In this document: in pieces, positions 40,186 to 54,303 of the stretch | Layout: each line of letters starts with the position of its first letter | Numbering within the stretch: the first letter of the stretch is position 1 | Source: Octopus vulgaris | Taxonomy: Eukaryota | Length of the DNA: 64,000 bases | Assembly: GCA_951406725.2 (NCBI GenBank) | Contig: OX597821.1 | Location: 2,480,001-2,544,000, forward strand | Direction of reading: 5' to 3' | Program-made: the position numbers and the translations under genes | Notes under the pieces: model-generated | Database searches by the model: none | What the model was told of the DNA's origin: nothing | Seen by the model: only the letters and a program-made list of their open reading frames with translations

Positions 40186-41044
40186 GCCTACTATCCATTA
40201 TGTTACCAAAGAACTAGCATAAATTCGAAAATGTACGCCCATCTAGAACGAAGAAAATCGAACAAAGAGGGAACTAGATAGGGTCTCAAGACAACATTAC
40301 GAATAAAAGACAGAAAAATGCGAACGAAAAAATAAATAAAAGAAAAAATGAGAGAATAAAATAAAAGATAAATAAAAAAGACTGCAAAATCGGAAATTAT
40401 ATTCAACAGACACTAAAAAGGAGAATATTTATTGTCCTATTTCTGAAGGACGCTCTACGCTGGATATTTAATTTAGATAGTTGATATTTTGTATGCAGCA
40501 TCCAAGTTGAAAGGTCAAAATATGACATTTGCCAACTAACAACATCAACAACAACAACAAAATCATCACAAACAATACGAATATCAGCAACATTGACAAC
40601 AAAGCAATAAAACACATTTGGAGGAATGCAATTAAAATAAAGGTGAAGCGGAATCAAACGAGATGTTGATTATTTTGTATTCTCATCATTATTTATTATT
40701 CCATTTAATTTTTCCTAATTGTTTTGTATATTTTTGGTTCTTATAGTATTAATTTTCTTATTTGATAATGCAATTTAATTTAAATAAAAAGTATATAGCC
40801 TGTGTTTGTTTATTATTTTTTTAAATATGTTTAAAAAAAAATTTATTTTAATTTCTTCCTTCTAATTTGTCAGTTGAAATACTTCCTTACTTAAAAAAGT
40901 TTCTATCTGGAAATATCGCTAGAATATCTTTCGTCTAATTATTCCGAATTGTATGCGATACCTTATTTCTCTCGCTTTATCTCCTTCGTTGTCTCCGTCC
41001 GTCTCTCTCTCTGTCTCTCTCCATTTCTCTTTCTCTCTCTCTCT

Positions 41045-41090
<46 letters not shown>

Positions 41091-41097
41091 GTATATG

Positions 41098-41165
<68 letters not shown>

Positions 41166-41197
41166 TACATTTATAAATGTATATGTATTTATACGAA

Positions 41198-41253
<56 letters not shown>

Positions 41254-41314
41254 TATATATAAATATGTATATGTATGTATATACATACACGTACAGACAA
41301 ACTCACGGACACGT

Positions 41315-41349
<35 letters not shown>

Positions 41350-41399
41350 GTGTGTGTGTGGTGAATTTGTATTTTAATATAAAATTAGTTTTACATGGA

Positions 41400-42270
41400 A
41401 ACCTGTGATTAGTATCGTTGATATGAAGTTTTCTCTTAAGAACCATCAGTTTTTTGTCACACTTAATATTTTTGTTTTGCTCCTTTCTTTTCCTTGTATT
41501 TTCTCTTTATTCCATTTGAATGTCATCATTTTAAAATGGCTGCTATAGTAATTTAGGCTAAATGCATTTTTGTGAATAAAACCTTTTTACTTGTATTGTT
41601 CTTTATATATTGCCTCCTTTATATTTTCTACTACATGTTAAGCATATCAAATATTGATTGATCTTGACATGCCTCTCTATTTAGCATATAGGATGACAAC
41701 GGATTGTAGCCTCGAGTGCTGTTCTTGTATTTGTGTTATTTATTCGTTCTTGTTTCATTATTCTTAAATTTAGTTCTTATAAATTTTGGCAACATGCTTC
41801 AAGTTTTCTTTTCTGTAGGAAAGACATATAGAATGTGTAATTGCGACATAAGTTGTTGGAAGCAATGAATGTAGATTTTCAGTTGCCAATAAAAATTATT
41901 TGAAATGACATGAATTGGTTTCTCTTCAATAGCTATCAGATAGCTTCAGGCAGAGATTGAACAACCCCTTTACAATGAGAGTGTTATGTAAGGAAGTATA
42001 TTTTATAAGAATATTAATATGTACATGATTTACAGCTTTAAATGAATTAACAAGAAATTGGCTCTTTTTATGATTAGCTTATATTCAGATTTTGCATACG
42101 AATTTTATAATCGATTGAAAATATCCCAATATGTAACTGATACGTCAGCCTGGAAATGAAGCATTCTTTACAAGGTTTCTAAGGAATTTAAAACAGTTAA
42201 TTTAACTTATGTAGACTTTATGTTAAGTTATGTTTCAAATAGTTCGGAAAATCTGTACCTGACCATCAAA
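41400..42270 (-). mobile_element. possible highly decayed Penelope-like coding remnant
   Basis: Weak minus-strand similarity such as LKIYIHCFQQLMSQL to the PLE linker pattern LKISYSCxxNL; many stops. Confidence 0.3.
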
Positions 42271-42318
42271 ATACGTATATATATATTTATATATATATAT
42301 ATGTATACGGATGTATAT

Positions 42319-42484
<166 letters not shown>

Positions 42485-42490
42485 TAATAA

Positions 42491-43037
42491 TCTCATCTCA
42501 CTCCTCGGGAACCTCGCCATTCAAACTGACGGAAAGATAGATGCAAATAGGCCAGCCATTATATTGACAGATTTCAGACTAAAATCATGCCTCCTCATTG
42601 ATATGACTATTCGAATCGTTATAAACGTATCTGTCAACACCTACCAAATACTGAGCAAGCATAACAATCTTGAAATAGAAATGAGCAAAATGTGGAAACT
42701 GAAGACTAAAATATTACCTGTTGTCATAGGTGCCCTAGGAATGATAGCAAAAGGGGCTGATTGCTACCTAGCTCATATACCAGGAAACCCCAAAATGGCA
42801 GAAATTCAAAAGATAGTGCTCATGGGAACTGCCCATATCATACGCAAAATACTCAAATTTGAAAACATAGTTTTCTTATGCTTTGTCAAACCTTCTCTAG
42901 AACTACACTATGTACAAAAGAAAACATATGGTACCCTCGGCATAACACCAACATGGACTTCTAACTTGTTTGTCTCTTGAGGTCTCTGGGTGAGACTTAG
43001 AGCCAACTTCTACAAATGTAAAGCAAAAGTCCAACAA

Positions 43038-43040
<3 letters not shown>
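42491..43040 (+). mobile_element. Dong/R4-like RLE non-LTR retrotransposon 3' end in (TAA)n
   Basis: IQTDGKIDANRPAII..KSCLLIDMT..LEIEMSKMWKLKTKILPVVIGALG..IQKIVLMGTAHIIRKIL; (TAA)n on both flanks. Confidence 0.85.
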
Positions 43041-43094
<54 letters not shown>

Positions 43095-43384
43095 CCACTG
43101 ATGAGATTATAAGTATTTTAATGGGTCACTCATGCATTTCCATCCGTCACATATTTCTTACAACCTTAGTCCGTGTTCTTGCGATGATTACCGTTCCGAC
43201 CGTAATGTCCATGAGCGTCAGGGACTATATCACCTGAAAAAATGAACGCATGGACTAAGATCCACCAGATGTCCTTACATATTACGGATTGTACTGTAAC
43301 CATCGCAGAAAAACGGACTATGGTCGTAAGAAATGAATGATTTGCGGAAATGCGAGAAGCGATGCATTAAAATATATAGAAATG

Positions 43385-43431
<47 letters not shown>

Positions 43432-43433
43432 TT

Positions 43434-43845
43434 TAGGCGTAGGAGTGGCTGTGAGGTATGTAGCTTGCTTAAGAACCACATGGTTCCGGGTTCAGTCCCA
43501 CTGCGTGGCATCTTGGGCAAGTGTCTTCTACTATAGCCTTCAGCTGATCAAAGTCTTGTGAGTGTATTTGGTAGACGGAAACTGAAAGAAGCCCGTCGTA
43601 TATATGTATATATATATGTATATATACATGTGAATGTGTGTGTATATGTTTGTGTGTCTGTGTTTGTCCCCCAACATCGCTTGACAACCGATGCTGGTGT
43701 GTTTACGTCCCCGTAACTTAGCGGTTCGACAAAAGAGACCGAAAGAATAAGTACTAGGCTTACAAAGAATAAGTCCTGGGGTCGATTTGCTCAACTGAAG
43801 GCGGTGCTCCAGCATGGCCACTGTCAAATGACTTAAACAAATACA
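43434..43845 (+). mobile_element. family-A SINE
   Basis: TAGGCGTAGGAGTGGCTGTGAGG...GGTTCAGTCCC...CAAATGACTTAAACAA. Confidence 0.85.
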
Positions 43846-43858
43846 AACAAAATTATTA

Positions 43859-44068
43859 TTACTCTTTTATTCTTTTACTTGTTTCACTCATTTGACTGCA
43901 GCCATGCTAGAACACCGCCTTTAGTCGAGCAAATCGACCCTAAGATTTATTCTTTGTAAGCCTAGTAGTTATTCTATCGGTCCCTTTTGCCGAAATCGCT
44001 AAGTTACGGGGACGTAAACACCCCAGCATTGGTTTTCAAGTGATGTTGGTGGTGCAAATACACACACA

Positions 44069-44147
<79 letters not shown>

Positions 44148-44310
44148 ATATACGACGGGCTTCCTTTAGTTTCCGTCTACCAAATCTACTCACAAAGATT
44201 TGATCGGCCCCGGGTTATAATAGAAGAGTGTTATTCAAGGTGCTACTCAGTGACCCGGAACCATGTGGTTAGTAAGCAAGTTACTTACCACACAGTCGAT
44301 CCTACGCCTA
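43859..44310 (-). mobile_element. family-A SINE, tail-to-tail with the previous copy
   Basis: Inverted full-length match. Confidence 0.85.
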
Positions 44311-44476
44311 TATATATATATATATATATATGGACATATATTTATATGTATATATATGTATGTATATATGTGTGTATATATATGGGTGTTTACGTATATA
44401 TATATATATATATATACGTTTAAATATTTGTTGTGCAAGATTTTTTATGTGAAGTCGTGTGTTGAAACAGATATTG

Positions 44477-44527
<51 letters not shown>

Positions 44528-45498
44528 TACAGTTGTGTTTAAATAGATGTATATATATGTACATATATATATGCATACACGCACACACACTCACGCACAC
44601 ACATACACACACATATATACTCTGGAATTCTAGACTCGAGATCTATATCCCCAACCCCCACTTCGAGCGCTATCTGCTACGAGGATCGGATTTCCTATTC
44701 GTCGATGAGAAGCGGAAAAATCCATGGAAACTGTAAGTAGCTTAAGGGTAGAGTTCCCCTGTTCACCCCAGAATACCTTAAGATTATCCAATTGATCTGT
44801 TCTAAGGGAGACAACGCATCTTTAATAAAACGTCAAATGACGTTTTATTCTTTATGTACAAATTTACTGAGTTGTTATATGCAGTCTGCCATTAGTGTAT
44901 ATCGAGTTGTCAATCAAGCTTATGATCTTGATAGATGCGAAATAATTGGTCATTCTATGACCGGACATTGACTTAACTACATGTAAAAATATTACTGCCC
45001 TGTACTTTGGAATGTGTTTCTTTTTCGAATATATGATACACTGAGGATATATACACATATATACATATACATATATACATATATATATAAGCTGAAATTT
45101 GAAATGAATTATTTGAGAGAAACGCATATCTTTCTGTTCTTTTCTTTGTAAAACTTTGTGAACGACACGCGCGAAAACGGATATTTCATTTTCTCGCTTA
45201 AGTCTTTTCGTCTTTCATTTCTACCTCCGTGGCAATATGGCTATAAACATCAGAAACTCCCTACAATCAAAGTCATGTAATTGAGTTGCTGTTTAAGCAA
45301 TATACCAAAATAATACTCTTACGTAGTACTTTTAATTAATATATTTAATTAATGATTTTAAAAGCAATTAGCGTGTAAGCAAGTGTTCAATAAGTGGGAT
45401 GAGGCATATATACGTACATATGTACTCACACACACACACAAACACACATTCATACGCACACTCATGTATACACAGAACTGTATGTTTACCTATATATA

Positions 45499-45731
45499 TT
45501 GGGATGGTGCATAATTATTGCGGCTTTATTCAAAAAGCAATGACAATATTTAACAAAAACATTTTTAAATGACGGTCTTAGCGTCTGACAATCAAATGGG
45601 AAGCAGTAATTGAAGTAGATGGTGAATATGCTCCGAAATAATCATTTAAAGATGTTTTTGTTATATGTTGTTATTGATTTTTTTAAGTAACATTTGTTGA
45701 AAATAGCTGCAATAATTATGCACCAACCCAA
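45499..45731 (+). mobile_element. mariner-derived MITE
   Basis: TIRs TTGGGATGGTGCATAATTATTGCGGCT / AGCTGCAATAATTATGCACCAACCCAA with TA flanks; retains KWEAVIEVDGEY. Confidence 0.9.
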
Positions 45732-46255
45732 TATATACATACATGTATATATACACACATATGCTTATCTACATATCCACGTATTTCGATAGGTATACAC
45801 ACATACTAAAATATATATGAACAATACTTATTAAACGTTTCGGAAACCTATATTTTTTTCTGAACTAGAATGAAATTGAAGGTGGCTAGTATTTGCATAA
45901 AATATGATTAGCGGTTGGCACAACAGACATTAGCAGACCATTTCATTTATAAAGGACATTGGTGCCTTAAGTCAAAATTCTCATCTTTTTTTCAATCAAA
46001 CTAGATCATTCTGTATGTTTGATTTTAATTTCCCGTTCCTGTAAAGTTGCGTATTATACACAAGAGATCATGTAATTTTGAGTTCGTATGGAGTTGTCTC
46101 ACACAAGAATCATAAGAACTTCGGCAAATCCCTCGCATACTTTCTGTTGGGGCTGACAAATAAATATTTATGCTAATAACACCAGTGCGAGTAACTCACA
46201 CCCCGCTGTTTGTTGTCTTCGCCTTTTGTTTTTTTTTTGTGAATTCTCCCCCATC

Positions 46256-46299
<44 letters not shown>

Positions 46300-46300
<1 letters not shown>

Positions 46301-46503
46301 ACTCTTTTACTTGTTTCAGTCATTTGATTGTCGCCAAGCTGGAGCACCGCCTTTAGTCGAGCAAATCAACACCAGTACTTATTCTTTCTAAGCCTAGTAC
46401 TTATTCTATCGGTCTCTTTTGCCGAACCGCTAAGTTACGGGAAAGTAACACACCAGTGTCGGTTGTCAACCGATGCTGGAGGGGCAAACACAGACACACA
46501 AAT

Positions 46504-46550
<47 letters not shown>

Positions 46551-46700
46551 CATATACATATATACGAAAGGGCTCCTTTCAGTTTCCGTCTACCAAATCC
46601 ACTGACAAGCCTTTGGTCGGTCCGAAGCCATAGTATAAAAGCTTGGCAAAAGTGCCACGCAGTAAGACTGAACGAGATACTTACCACACAGCCACTTCTA
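46300..46700 (-). mobile_element. family-A SINE
   Basis: Near full-length match. Confidence 0.85.
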
Positions 46701-46726
46701 TATATATATATATATTCACATACATC

Positions 46727-46758
<32 letters not shown>

Positions 46759-46768
46759 AACAAAAGAA

Positions 46769-46808
<40 letters not shown>

Positions 46809-46858
46809 CACACAAATATGTGTGCGTATGTGCTTGTGTATGTACGACTGTATGCATG

Positions 46859-46910
<52 letters not shown>

Positions 46911-47510
46911 CAGAGAGAGAGAGAGAGATTAGATAGGAGATCAATTTACAATATGTCCATTAATTACGTATGTAAAATTTCAAATTTTAAGTAATTAGTC
47001 ATTAATGTCTTAAGATAATATATTTCAGATTATCACTTCGAAAGTACACTGAAATAAATTAGTTGTGTATATAGTTGTGTGAAACTTATTAAGACATATT
47101 CTATACGGAAAACAATAGTTACAAAAAAATTATATATACTTATGAGCACATAGATTGATCATGCATACATAATCAAACACAAGATCGTATACATATACAC
47201 ACTTATATGTGTATACGTAAATATTAGCATACGGTTTATGTATTTACTGATATCTCTACATATTTTCATATAAATTTGTATATACATACGTATATGCATA
47301 TCTTACAACGCGTATACATATATATGCATGTGTATGTGTGTGTGTGAGTGTGTGTGCGTGCGTGTACGTGTGTATATATATATATGTGTGTGTATTTATA
47401 TATATATATATATATGCATATATACATATCTATATTACACGATATACACACATATATATATATATGTATATATACATATATATATATAGACACACAGATA
47501 TATACATATG

Positions 47511-47572
<62 letters not shown>

Positions 47573-47790
47573 TAGAGAGAGAGAGAAAAGAGAGAGAGAG
47601 AATTTTGAAGTGAAGATAAATATCGTATATTGTACATATACAGATTCTTTATGTAGAATAATTAGAGAGTTAGAATGTTGGATGATTATATATATATATA
47701 TATTTACAACCTATTTTCATATTTATTGGTTTCTTCCATTATCGGTTAGATAAAAAAATGGTTCAAAATTAGATTTAAAATTTAGATACA

Positions 47791-47863
<73 letters not shown>

Positions 47864-47881
47864 TTCGTATAATATATAGAC

Positions 47882-47977
47882 GCTGTATGGTAGAATCGTT
47901 AGCACACCAGATAAAATTCTCTGGGGGAAGTCGTCTGACTGTGTGTTCTGATTTCAAATTCCAACGAAGAAGACATT
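47882..47977 (+). mobile_element. decayed family-D SINE head
   Basis: GGTAGAATCGTTAGCACACC...GTTCTGATTTCAAATTCC. Confidence 0.5.
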
Positions 47978-48049
47978 CTACAAAATATGTACAAATTTAA
48001 AGCCCGTATCCGTGTGAACGACTAGTCACTTCACATAAAATTCCAAGCC

Positions 48050-48543
48050 CTGTGAATGACCATGGGATTGCACCTACAAAGTTACCCTCCGAGGCACAAT
48101 TCTGGGCAAGGTTGTTTATGGAAGACCAGCAGTCGCCTACGCTTACCAGCCTCCCTTCTCCACGCCACCGATGTTATCCAAGGGAAAGGCAAATACCGAT
48201 ACAGCTTGGCACCAGTGACCTCGCAGCTCAATTATTAACGTGCAAGTGGCTGAGCACTCCACAGACACGTGTACACTTAACGTAGTTCTCGTGGAGATTC
48301 AGCGTGATACAGAGTGTGACAAGGCTGGTCCTTTGAAATACAGGTGTAACAGAAACAGGAAAACAGAGTGAGAGAAAGTTGTGGTGAAGGAGTACAGCAG
48401 GGTTCACCCCCCACCTGCCGGAGACTCGTGGAGCTTTAGGTGTTTTCGCTCAATAAACACTCACAATGCCCCATCTGAGGATCGAAACCACGATCCTACG
48501 ACCGCTAGTCCGCTGCCCAAACCACTGGGCCATTGCACCTCCA
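48050..48543 (-). mobile_element. chimeric SINE: family-B head and body joined to family-C tail
   Basis: 48232-48543 matches inverted 18995-19282; 48050-48231 matches inverted 29550-29730. Confidence 0.8.
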
Positions 48544-48666
48544 AAAGCGGCTGCTATTTCTAGCGTGGTGGTATCTCTTAGATACCTTAAATTATAATTT
48601 ATAAATGTGTGTGTGTGTTTGTGTGTGCGCGCGTTTGTGTTTGTGTGCGTATTTGTGTGTGTTGTA

Positions 48667-49232
48667 CGTAGCTTGCTTACCGATCACATGGTTCCGGGTT
48701 CAGTGCTACTGCGTGGCACCTGGGGCAAGTGCCTTGAACCATAGCCTCGGGAGCACCGCCAGTGTATAATCTTCTTGATGGCCTATCTCATCGGAGTGGA
48801 TTTTCATGAAGGAGGGTATTCGACGATACTGCTTTCCTTTGGAGTTCGTTCCTTGATATAATACTTTTGCTTGTTTCAAATATTTGATTTGCGGCTATTA
48901 TGCGGTACTGATTTGAACGGTCTTTAGTCGAATATATCGATCCCAAAGACTTATGATTTTTAAGCCTGGCACTTATTCTATCTGTCTAGGTTACGGGGAC
49001 GTTAACACACCATCAAATGCCTTCAAAAAGTTGTGAAAACAAACAAGGACAAAAAGATCAAACAAACATGTATGGATGCGTGTTGGGTCCCTTTCTGCTT
49101 CCGTTTACTAAGTCCGTCATAATAGTCTGGGCGGCCCGAGACTATTGTACACGACACTTGCCCATGTTGTCACGCAGTGGGACTGAACCTGGAACAATAT
49201 GAGCGGGAGGCAAGTTTCTTACCACACACCCA
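48667..49232. mobile_element. two decayed family-A SINE pieces (+ head 48667-48750; - copy 48863-49232)
   Basis: GTAGCTTGCTTACC..GGTTCCGGGTTCAGT and GACACTTGCCC..CGCAGTGGGACTGAACC blocks. Confidence 0.7.
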
Positions 49233-49237
49233 CAACG

Positions 49238-49470
49238 ACTCCATTTAATTGAACAATACAAATATTACATCAATTATAAAATGTACAGCAGTCTTCAGCT
49301 GCATAAAAATATACAAATGAATCCTTAGAATTTAACAAAATTCTATAATTTTATGCAGCTGAAGATTGCTCTACATTTTAAAATTGATGTAATATTTGCA
49401 TTGCTCAATTAAATGGACTCGCATGAAACGATCGTACTGCATTACCTCTGGATATCCCTGTTGCTCATGT
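49238..49470. repeat. second H1-family palindrome (left arm truncated)
   Basis: Homologous to 2218-2611 with a shorter centre. Confidence 0.85.
49353..49442 (+). ncRNA. type I hammerhead ribozyme motif with long stem II (H1)
   Basis: AUGCAG-CUGAAGA-(59 nt)-GAAA-CGAUCG-UA/CUGCAU; perfect 6-bp stem I; predicted cut after 49436. Confidence 0.72.
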
Positions 49471-49512
49471 CGATTATATGTATATGTGTTTATATATATA
49501 TCTATATATATC

Positions 49513-49936
49513 TCTTTACTCTTACTCTTTTACTCTTTTACTTGTTTCAGTCATTTGACTGCGGCCATGCTGGAGCACCGCCTTTAGTCGAGCAAATCGA
49601 CCCCGGGACTTATTCTTTGTAAGCCCAGTATTTATTCCATCGGTCTCTTTTGCCGAACCGCTAGGTGACGGGGACGTAAACACACCAGCATCGGTTGTCA
49701 TGCAATGCTACTGGGACAAACACAGACACGCAAACACACACACACATACATATATATATATACATATATACGGCAGGCTTCTTTCAGTTTCCGTCTACCA
49801 AATCCACTCACAAGGCAGTGGTCGGCCCGGGGCTATAGCAGAAGACACTTGCCCAAGATGCCACGCAGTAGGACTGAACCCAGAACCATGTGGTTGGTTA
49901 GCAAGCTACTTACCACACAGCCACTCCTGCGCCTAT
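49513..49936 (-). mobile_element. family-A SINE (well preserved)
   Basis: Full-length, with tail (CTCTTTTA)n on the plus strand. Confidence 0.88.
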
Positions 49937-50111
49937 ATATATATATATATCAATATAGATATAGATATATACATACATATATATATCGATATAGATATAG
50001 ATATATAAGTATATACAGATATATGTATATATACAAGTCTCTGTGTGTGTGTGGGGGAGTGTGTGTGAGTGAGTGTAGGTATGAGTGCGTGTGTATGTAT
50101 ATATGTATATA

Positions 50112-51407
50112 TCAGGTCATCTCATAAGTTCTGTCCGAATTTTGAATAAAGAAAACAAGTGATCAAATGCTATATTTAATTGAAATTTAATCATCAATGT
50201 ACGTTCCCTGATTATCTATGACATCTTTCCATCTATTTACAACCTTTTTAGTCCCATTAATGTAAAACTCTTTTGGTTTGAAAGCGAAAAACTCTGAAAC
50301 GTCAGTTTCGACCTCCTCCTGGCTTGCGAAAATTACGTCACATAAATGATTCTGTAAACTACGAAACAAATGATAGTCTGTTGGAGCAAGGTCGGGAGTA
50401 TAAAGAGGATGAGGGATTTTCCCCAACCAAGCTCTTCTTTCTTCTGCGATGTGATCTTTGCAGTGCGAGCTCGTGCATTGTCCTGATGAAACAACAATCC
50501 TTTTCGATTCACTAAAGCGGGTTCTTTTTCTTCAAAGCTTGGTTCAAACGTTCTAATTGCTGCCAGTAGACTTGAGCATTGATTGTTGCATTAGGTGTTA
50601 ACTATTCAAAGTGAATTACCCCTATGCAATTCCACCAGAAAGAGAGAAGAATCCTTTTTCCATGAAGTTCCCTTCTCGGTTGGGACTGAGCCTTTTCCCT
50701 TTTACCAAGCCACTGTTTACAACGTTTAATATTTCGATAGAATATCCGTTTTTCGTAACCAGTCACAAGTCTCTCCAAAAATGGTGAAATGAGTTCGCGA
50801 GAATGGAGAGAACAGATGTCAACTCGGGATTTGCGGTTGCTTTCGGACAATTCATGAGGTACACATTTTCCAAGTTTAGGAACTTTTCCAAGTTGCTGAA
50901 GATTATGATGAGCAGTTGTATCGTTTGAACTAATCTATATAGCCAATTCTTTAATTGATAATGCAGGATTTTCTTTAAGTAATGCCTCATGGTGCTTGTC
51001 ATCAAACTCAACTGGATGTCCTGTTCAATCTTTTTCTTCAAGGCTGAAATCTCCACTTCGGAATTTTGCAAACCATCTGCTGCAAGTTCTTTCATTCAAG
51101 CATTCTTTCCCATAAACTGAGTGTATGTTTCGAGTCGCTTCGGCTGCAGAGTTTCATTTCATTTGTACTCATACAGCATTATGTACCTTAAATGCTCTTT
51201 GGATACTTTCATGTTAGAAAGGATTTTTTAATCAAAGATATTTTAATTCTATCATTCTCTAAAATAATATTTGATTAGTTTAAATGAATACAAATACATA
51301 AAATAATTTTAAATTCCATTAGACATTCTAAAATACTATTAAATTCCATTCAATTTCATTCAATTTTAAAAAAGGTAAAATCGGACAGAACATATTGGAT
51401 GACCTGA
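50112..51407 (-). mobile_element. decayed full-length mariner element
   Basis: TIRs TCAGGTCATCTCATAAGTTCTGTCCGA / TCGGACAGAACATATTGGATGACCTGA with TA TSD; LVTGYEK, LLSFWWN, HQDNARAR, HPLYTPDLAPTDYHLFRSLQN; frameshifts. Confidence 0.93.
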
Positions 51408-51420
51408 TATATGAGTTTAT

Positions 51421-51477
<57 letters not shown>

Positions 51478-53003
51478 TACAGATACATATATATATGTCT
51501 GTACCTGTGGTACTATGAAATAGACTTAGTGACTGCCTTTGATAATAAACAAATAATGTCGATAGTTACATATAAATGAATGCTTGAAATTGTCACCGTA
51601 ATTGACTATGATAACTACCATTATAAGACATTCAATCGAAGCACACCTTTCCTGAAATGATTTGCTGATTTATCATGACATTTATTAACATAATTAGTAA
51701 TCTATAGAAATGATACTTACCTTATCTATAGTCGATACAGCAATATGTTAATCAAAACATAAATTATTCAAAAGATCATAGAATTTTCAGATAATACATA
51801 CACACCTTGTCAATAACAATTATTTTCTTTAAGCTTGTTAATTCAAATAAGAAACCATATCCCGAGTCGGAAGACTCATAAAGCCAGTATTTAATTTACA
51901 TGACGTATAAAACCCCAATTTCACAATATAGCCCACTTTCAATGTAAGCTTGTTAGTTGTAGGGATTACCCATTTATATCTGTGAGAAGTGGACGAATGT
52001 GAAACGACGTATTTTGCCCATTAACTCAAATCACCACATCGTTGGTGAATCGAAACTGGGATCGCAAAGCCGTCAGTACAAGCTGACCATGCTGTCATAT
52101 GCGTTCATCAAACCCGTTAGTTGTAACTCACAAATTTGCTATTCGCACTTCCACGCCACTGCTTCTGTACCGTTTAACCTGTCCTAAAATTCACGATATC
52201 TCTTGAAGGTAGTAACTTTCTTTAAATTAATTTTGGGTCATGGGGCAAAATTAAATGTCCTTTATAAATGAAATGGTCATGGGGCATATTCTAATCTTCA
52301 GAAAAATACTACTCTAAGGAGAAGAAGAATCAAGAACATTCAAACATTCACTTATATTTGCGAACATTTTCGTTACTGGAATGGGCTCTTGTCTTAGACG
52401 TCGAGAGTTAAACAAGACAGAATATAATGCTTTTTGATAAGTATACATTCCTCAAAAGACGAAACACTTATACCTAAAAAAACACACTCACACACTTACA
52501 AAACGGCAGACAGACGCATACACACACACTATCACACAGAGAAAGACAGACACATACACATACATATGCAAAAAGATGTGCGTGCTGAAAGCATTTAGAT
52601 TACGACAAGCAATTTGTAATTTAATCCAGTTGTTAATACAACGCAAAGACAAAATGCATGATGTGCAGTGTTACTTAATATATATAGCTTGTATAGCTGG
52701 CGAAACTAAGGATTTAACTATGCCACTAATATTTCGTACTGTTCAATATAATAGTAGCGGTTTTTACGTATTGCTGTTAAATCGAGATGGTTGCAACACA
52801 TGACAAGATATAAATGAGGCTAAAACTAATTGGACAGGCCTTACTGTTAACTGTTGATGATTCATTGGCTTATGTGCGGTAGAGTCCTAAAGGGAAACTA
52901 GATATATATGTATTCAAAACATTGTACGTCATTTCCGAATTGAGGCACACTTTCAGACACATATGTATGTGTATATATATATGCACATACAAACATGCAT
53001 GCA

Positions 53004-53039
<36 letters not shown>

Positions 53040-53510
53040 CACAGGCATATATACGTATATGTATATATATATGTAAGTATGTATATATCTATATATCTAA
53101 ATATATATATATGTTCGGTTTGTCCTTACACAGAGGCCATCCGGATTCCCGTTTGCGCCGTGAACAGGAATTAATCTTCTCTCTTCGCTCTTATACACCA
53201 TTTGGTCTCAACTCTCCCCCCTCCTCATCTAAACCCCCCCTCTCCCCCCTCCTCACCTACCTTTCCCCCGACCCCTACTTCTTCAGTCCTTCATCCTTTC
53301 ACCCCTACTCCCCTTCCCTTCTTCCCTCTTTCTCCCTCCCTCCTTCCCTCTTCCCCTTCCCTCTACTCCCACACTCCCCTTCTCTCTCCCCCTCTCACTC
53401 TTTCCTCCTTCCTCCTCCCCCTCCCCTCCTCTCTCTCACCCCGCCTCCCCCTCTTCTCCTCTCTCCACACTACACCACACGACTTTACACATCACATCAT
53501 ATATGATGTG

Positions 53511-54003
53511 CCATACTAATACATACACCAACTAGTACATACTAATACATACTAATACATACTAATACATACTAATACATACACCAACCCTATACATACA
53601 CACGTCCAGACCTTTCATACGCACTAATACTCTCTCATACACACACACACACACACACACACACCCCTTATACATACTAATACGTACTAATACATACTAA
53701 TACATACTAATACATACACCAACCCTATACATACACACGTCCAGACCTCTCATACGCACTAATACTCTCTCATACACACACACACACACTTATACATACT
53801 AATACATACTAATACATACACCAACCCTATACATACACACGTCCAGACCTCTCATACGCACTAATACTCTCTCATACACACACACACACACCCTTATACA
53901 TACTAATACATACTAATACATACACCAACCCTATACATACACACGTCCAGACCTCTCATACGCACTAATACTCTCTCATACACACACACACACACACACA
54001 CCC
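53511..54003. repeat. four-copy ~102-135-bp compound minisatellite
   Basis: GTCCAGACCT recurs at 53604, 53739, 53841 and 53945; units contain variable ACATACTAAT and (CA)n subrepeats. Confidence 0.9.
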
Positions 54004-54168
54004 TTATGTTGGAGCTGGTCATTCAACCCTATTATCTCCCCTAATTTCGCTCTCGCGTCTCATGTTTGATCTTTGACTTCTGGCCGAAATCAGATCGCCA
54101 TGTTGATTCGTTAGTTACTGCACGCATTTTTTTCTATCCTTCTTTCTGTGTTTTTTTCTCTCTGTGTA

Positions 54169-54206
54169 TCTTTCTGTTGAAGAGCGTAGGCTCGAAACGT
54201 TATAGA
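54169..54206 (+). ncRNA. variant minimal hammerhead-like motif (H4)
   Basis: ucuuu-CUGUUGA-a-GAGC(guag)GCUC-GAAA-CGUU-auaga; A6U core change, palindromic AACGUU. Confidence 0.5.
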
Positions 54207-54303
54207 CTTGTTTTATTTATATTACCTGAGCGCCATACTAATACAATTGTTTGTTTGTTTTCCACCTGCCTTCGTCTTTTGTCTATTTTCATAAAGCTTC
54301 CCG

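Noticed and set aside
44625-44645. Polylinker-like cluster GAATTCTAGACTCGAGATCT
   Set aside because: No other vector sequence nearby; overlapping palindromes can arise by chance
53511-54003. CRISPR-like repeat-spacer array
   Set aside because: Intervening segments are microsatellite variants rather than unique spacers; eukaryotic context and no cas genes
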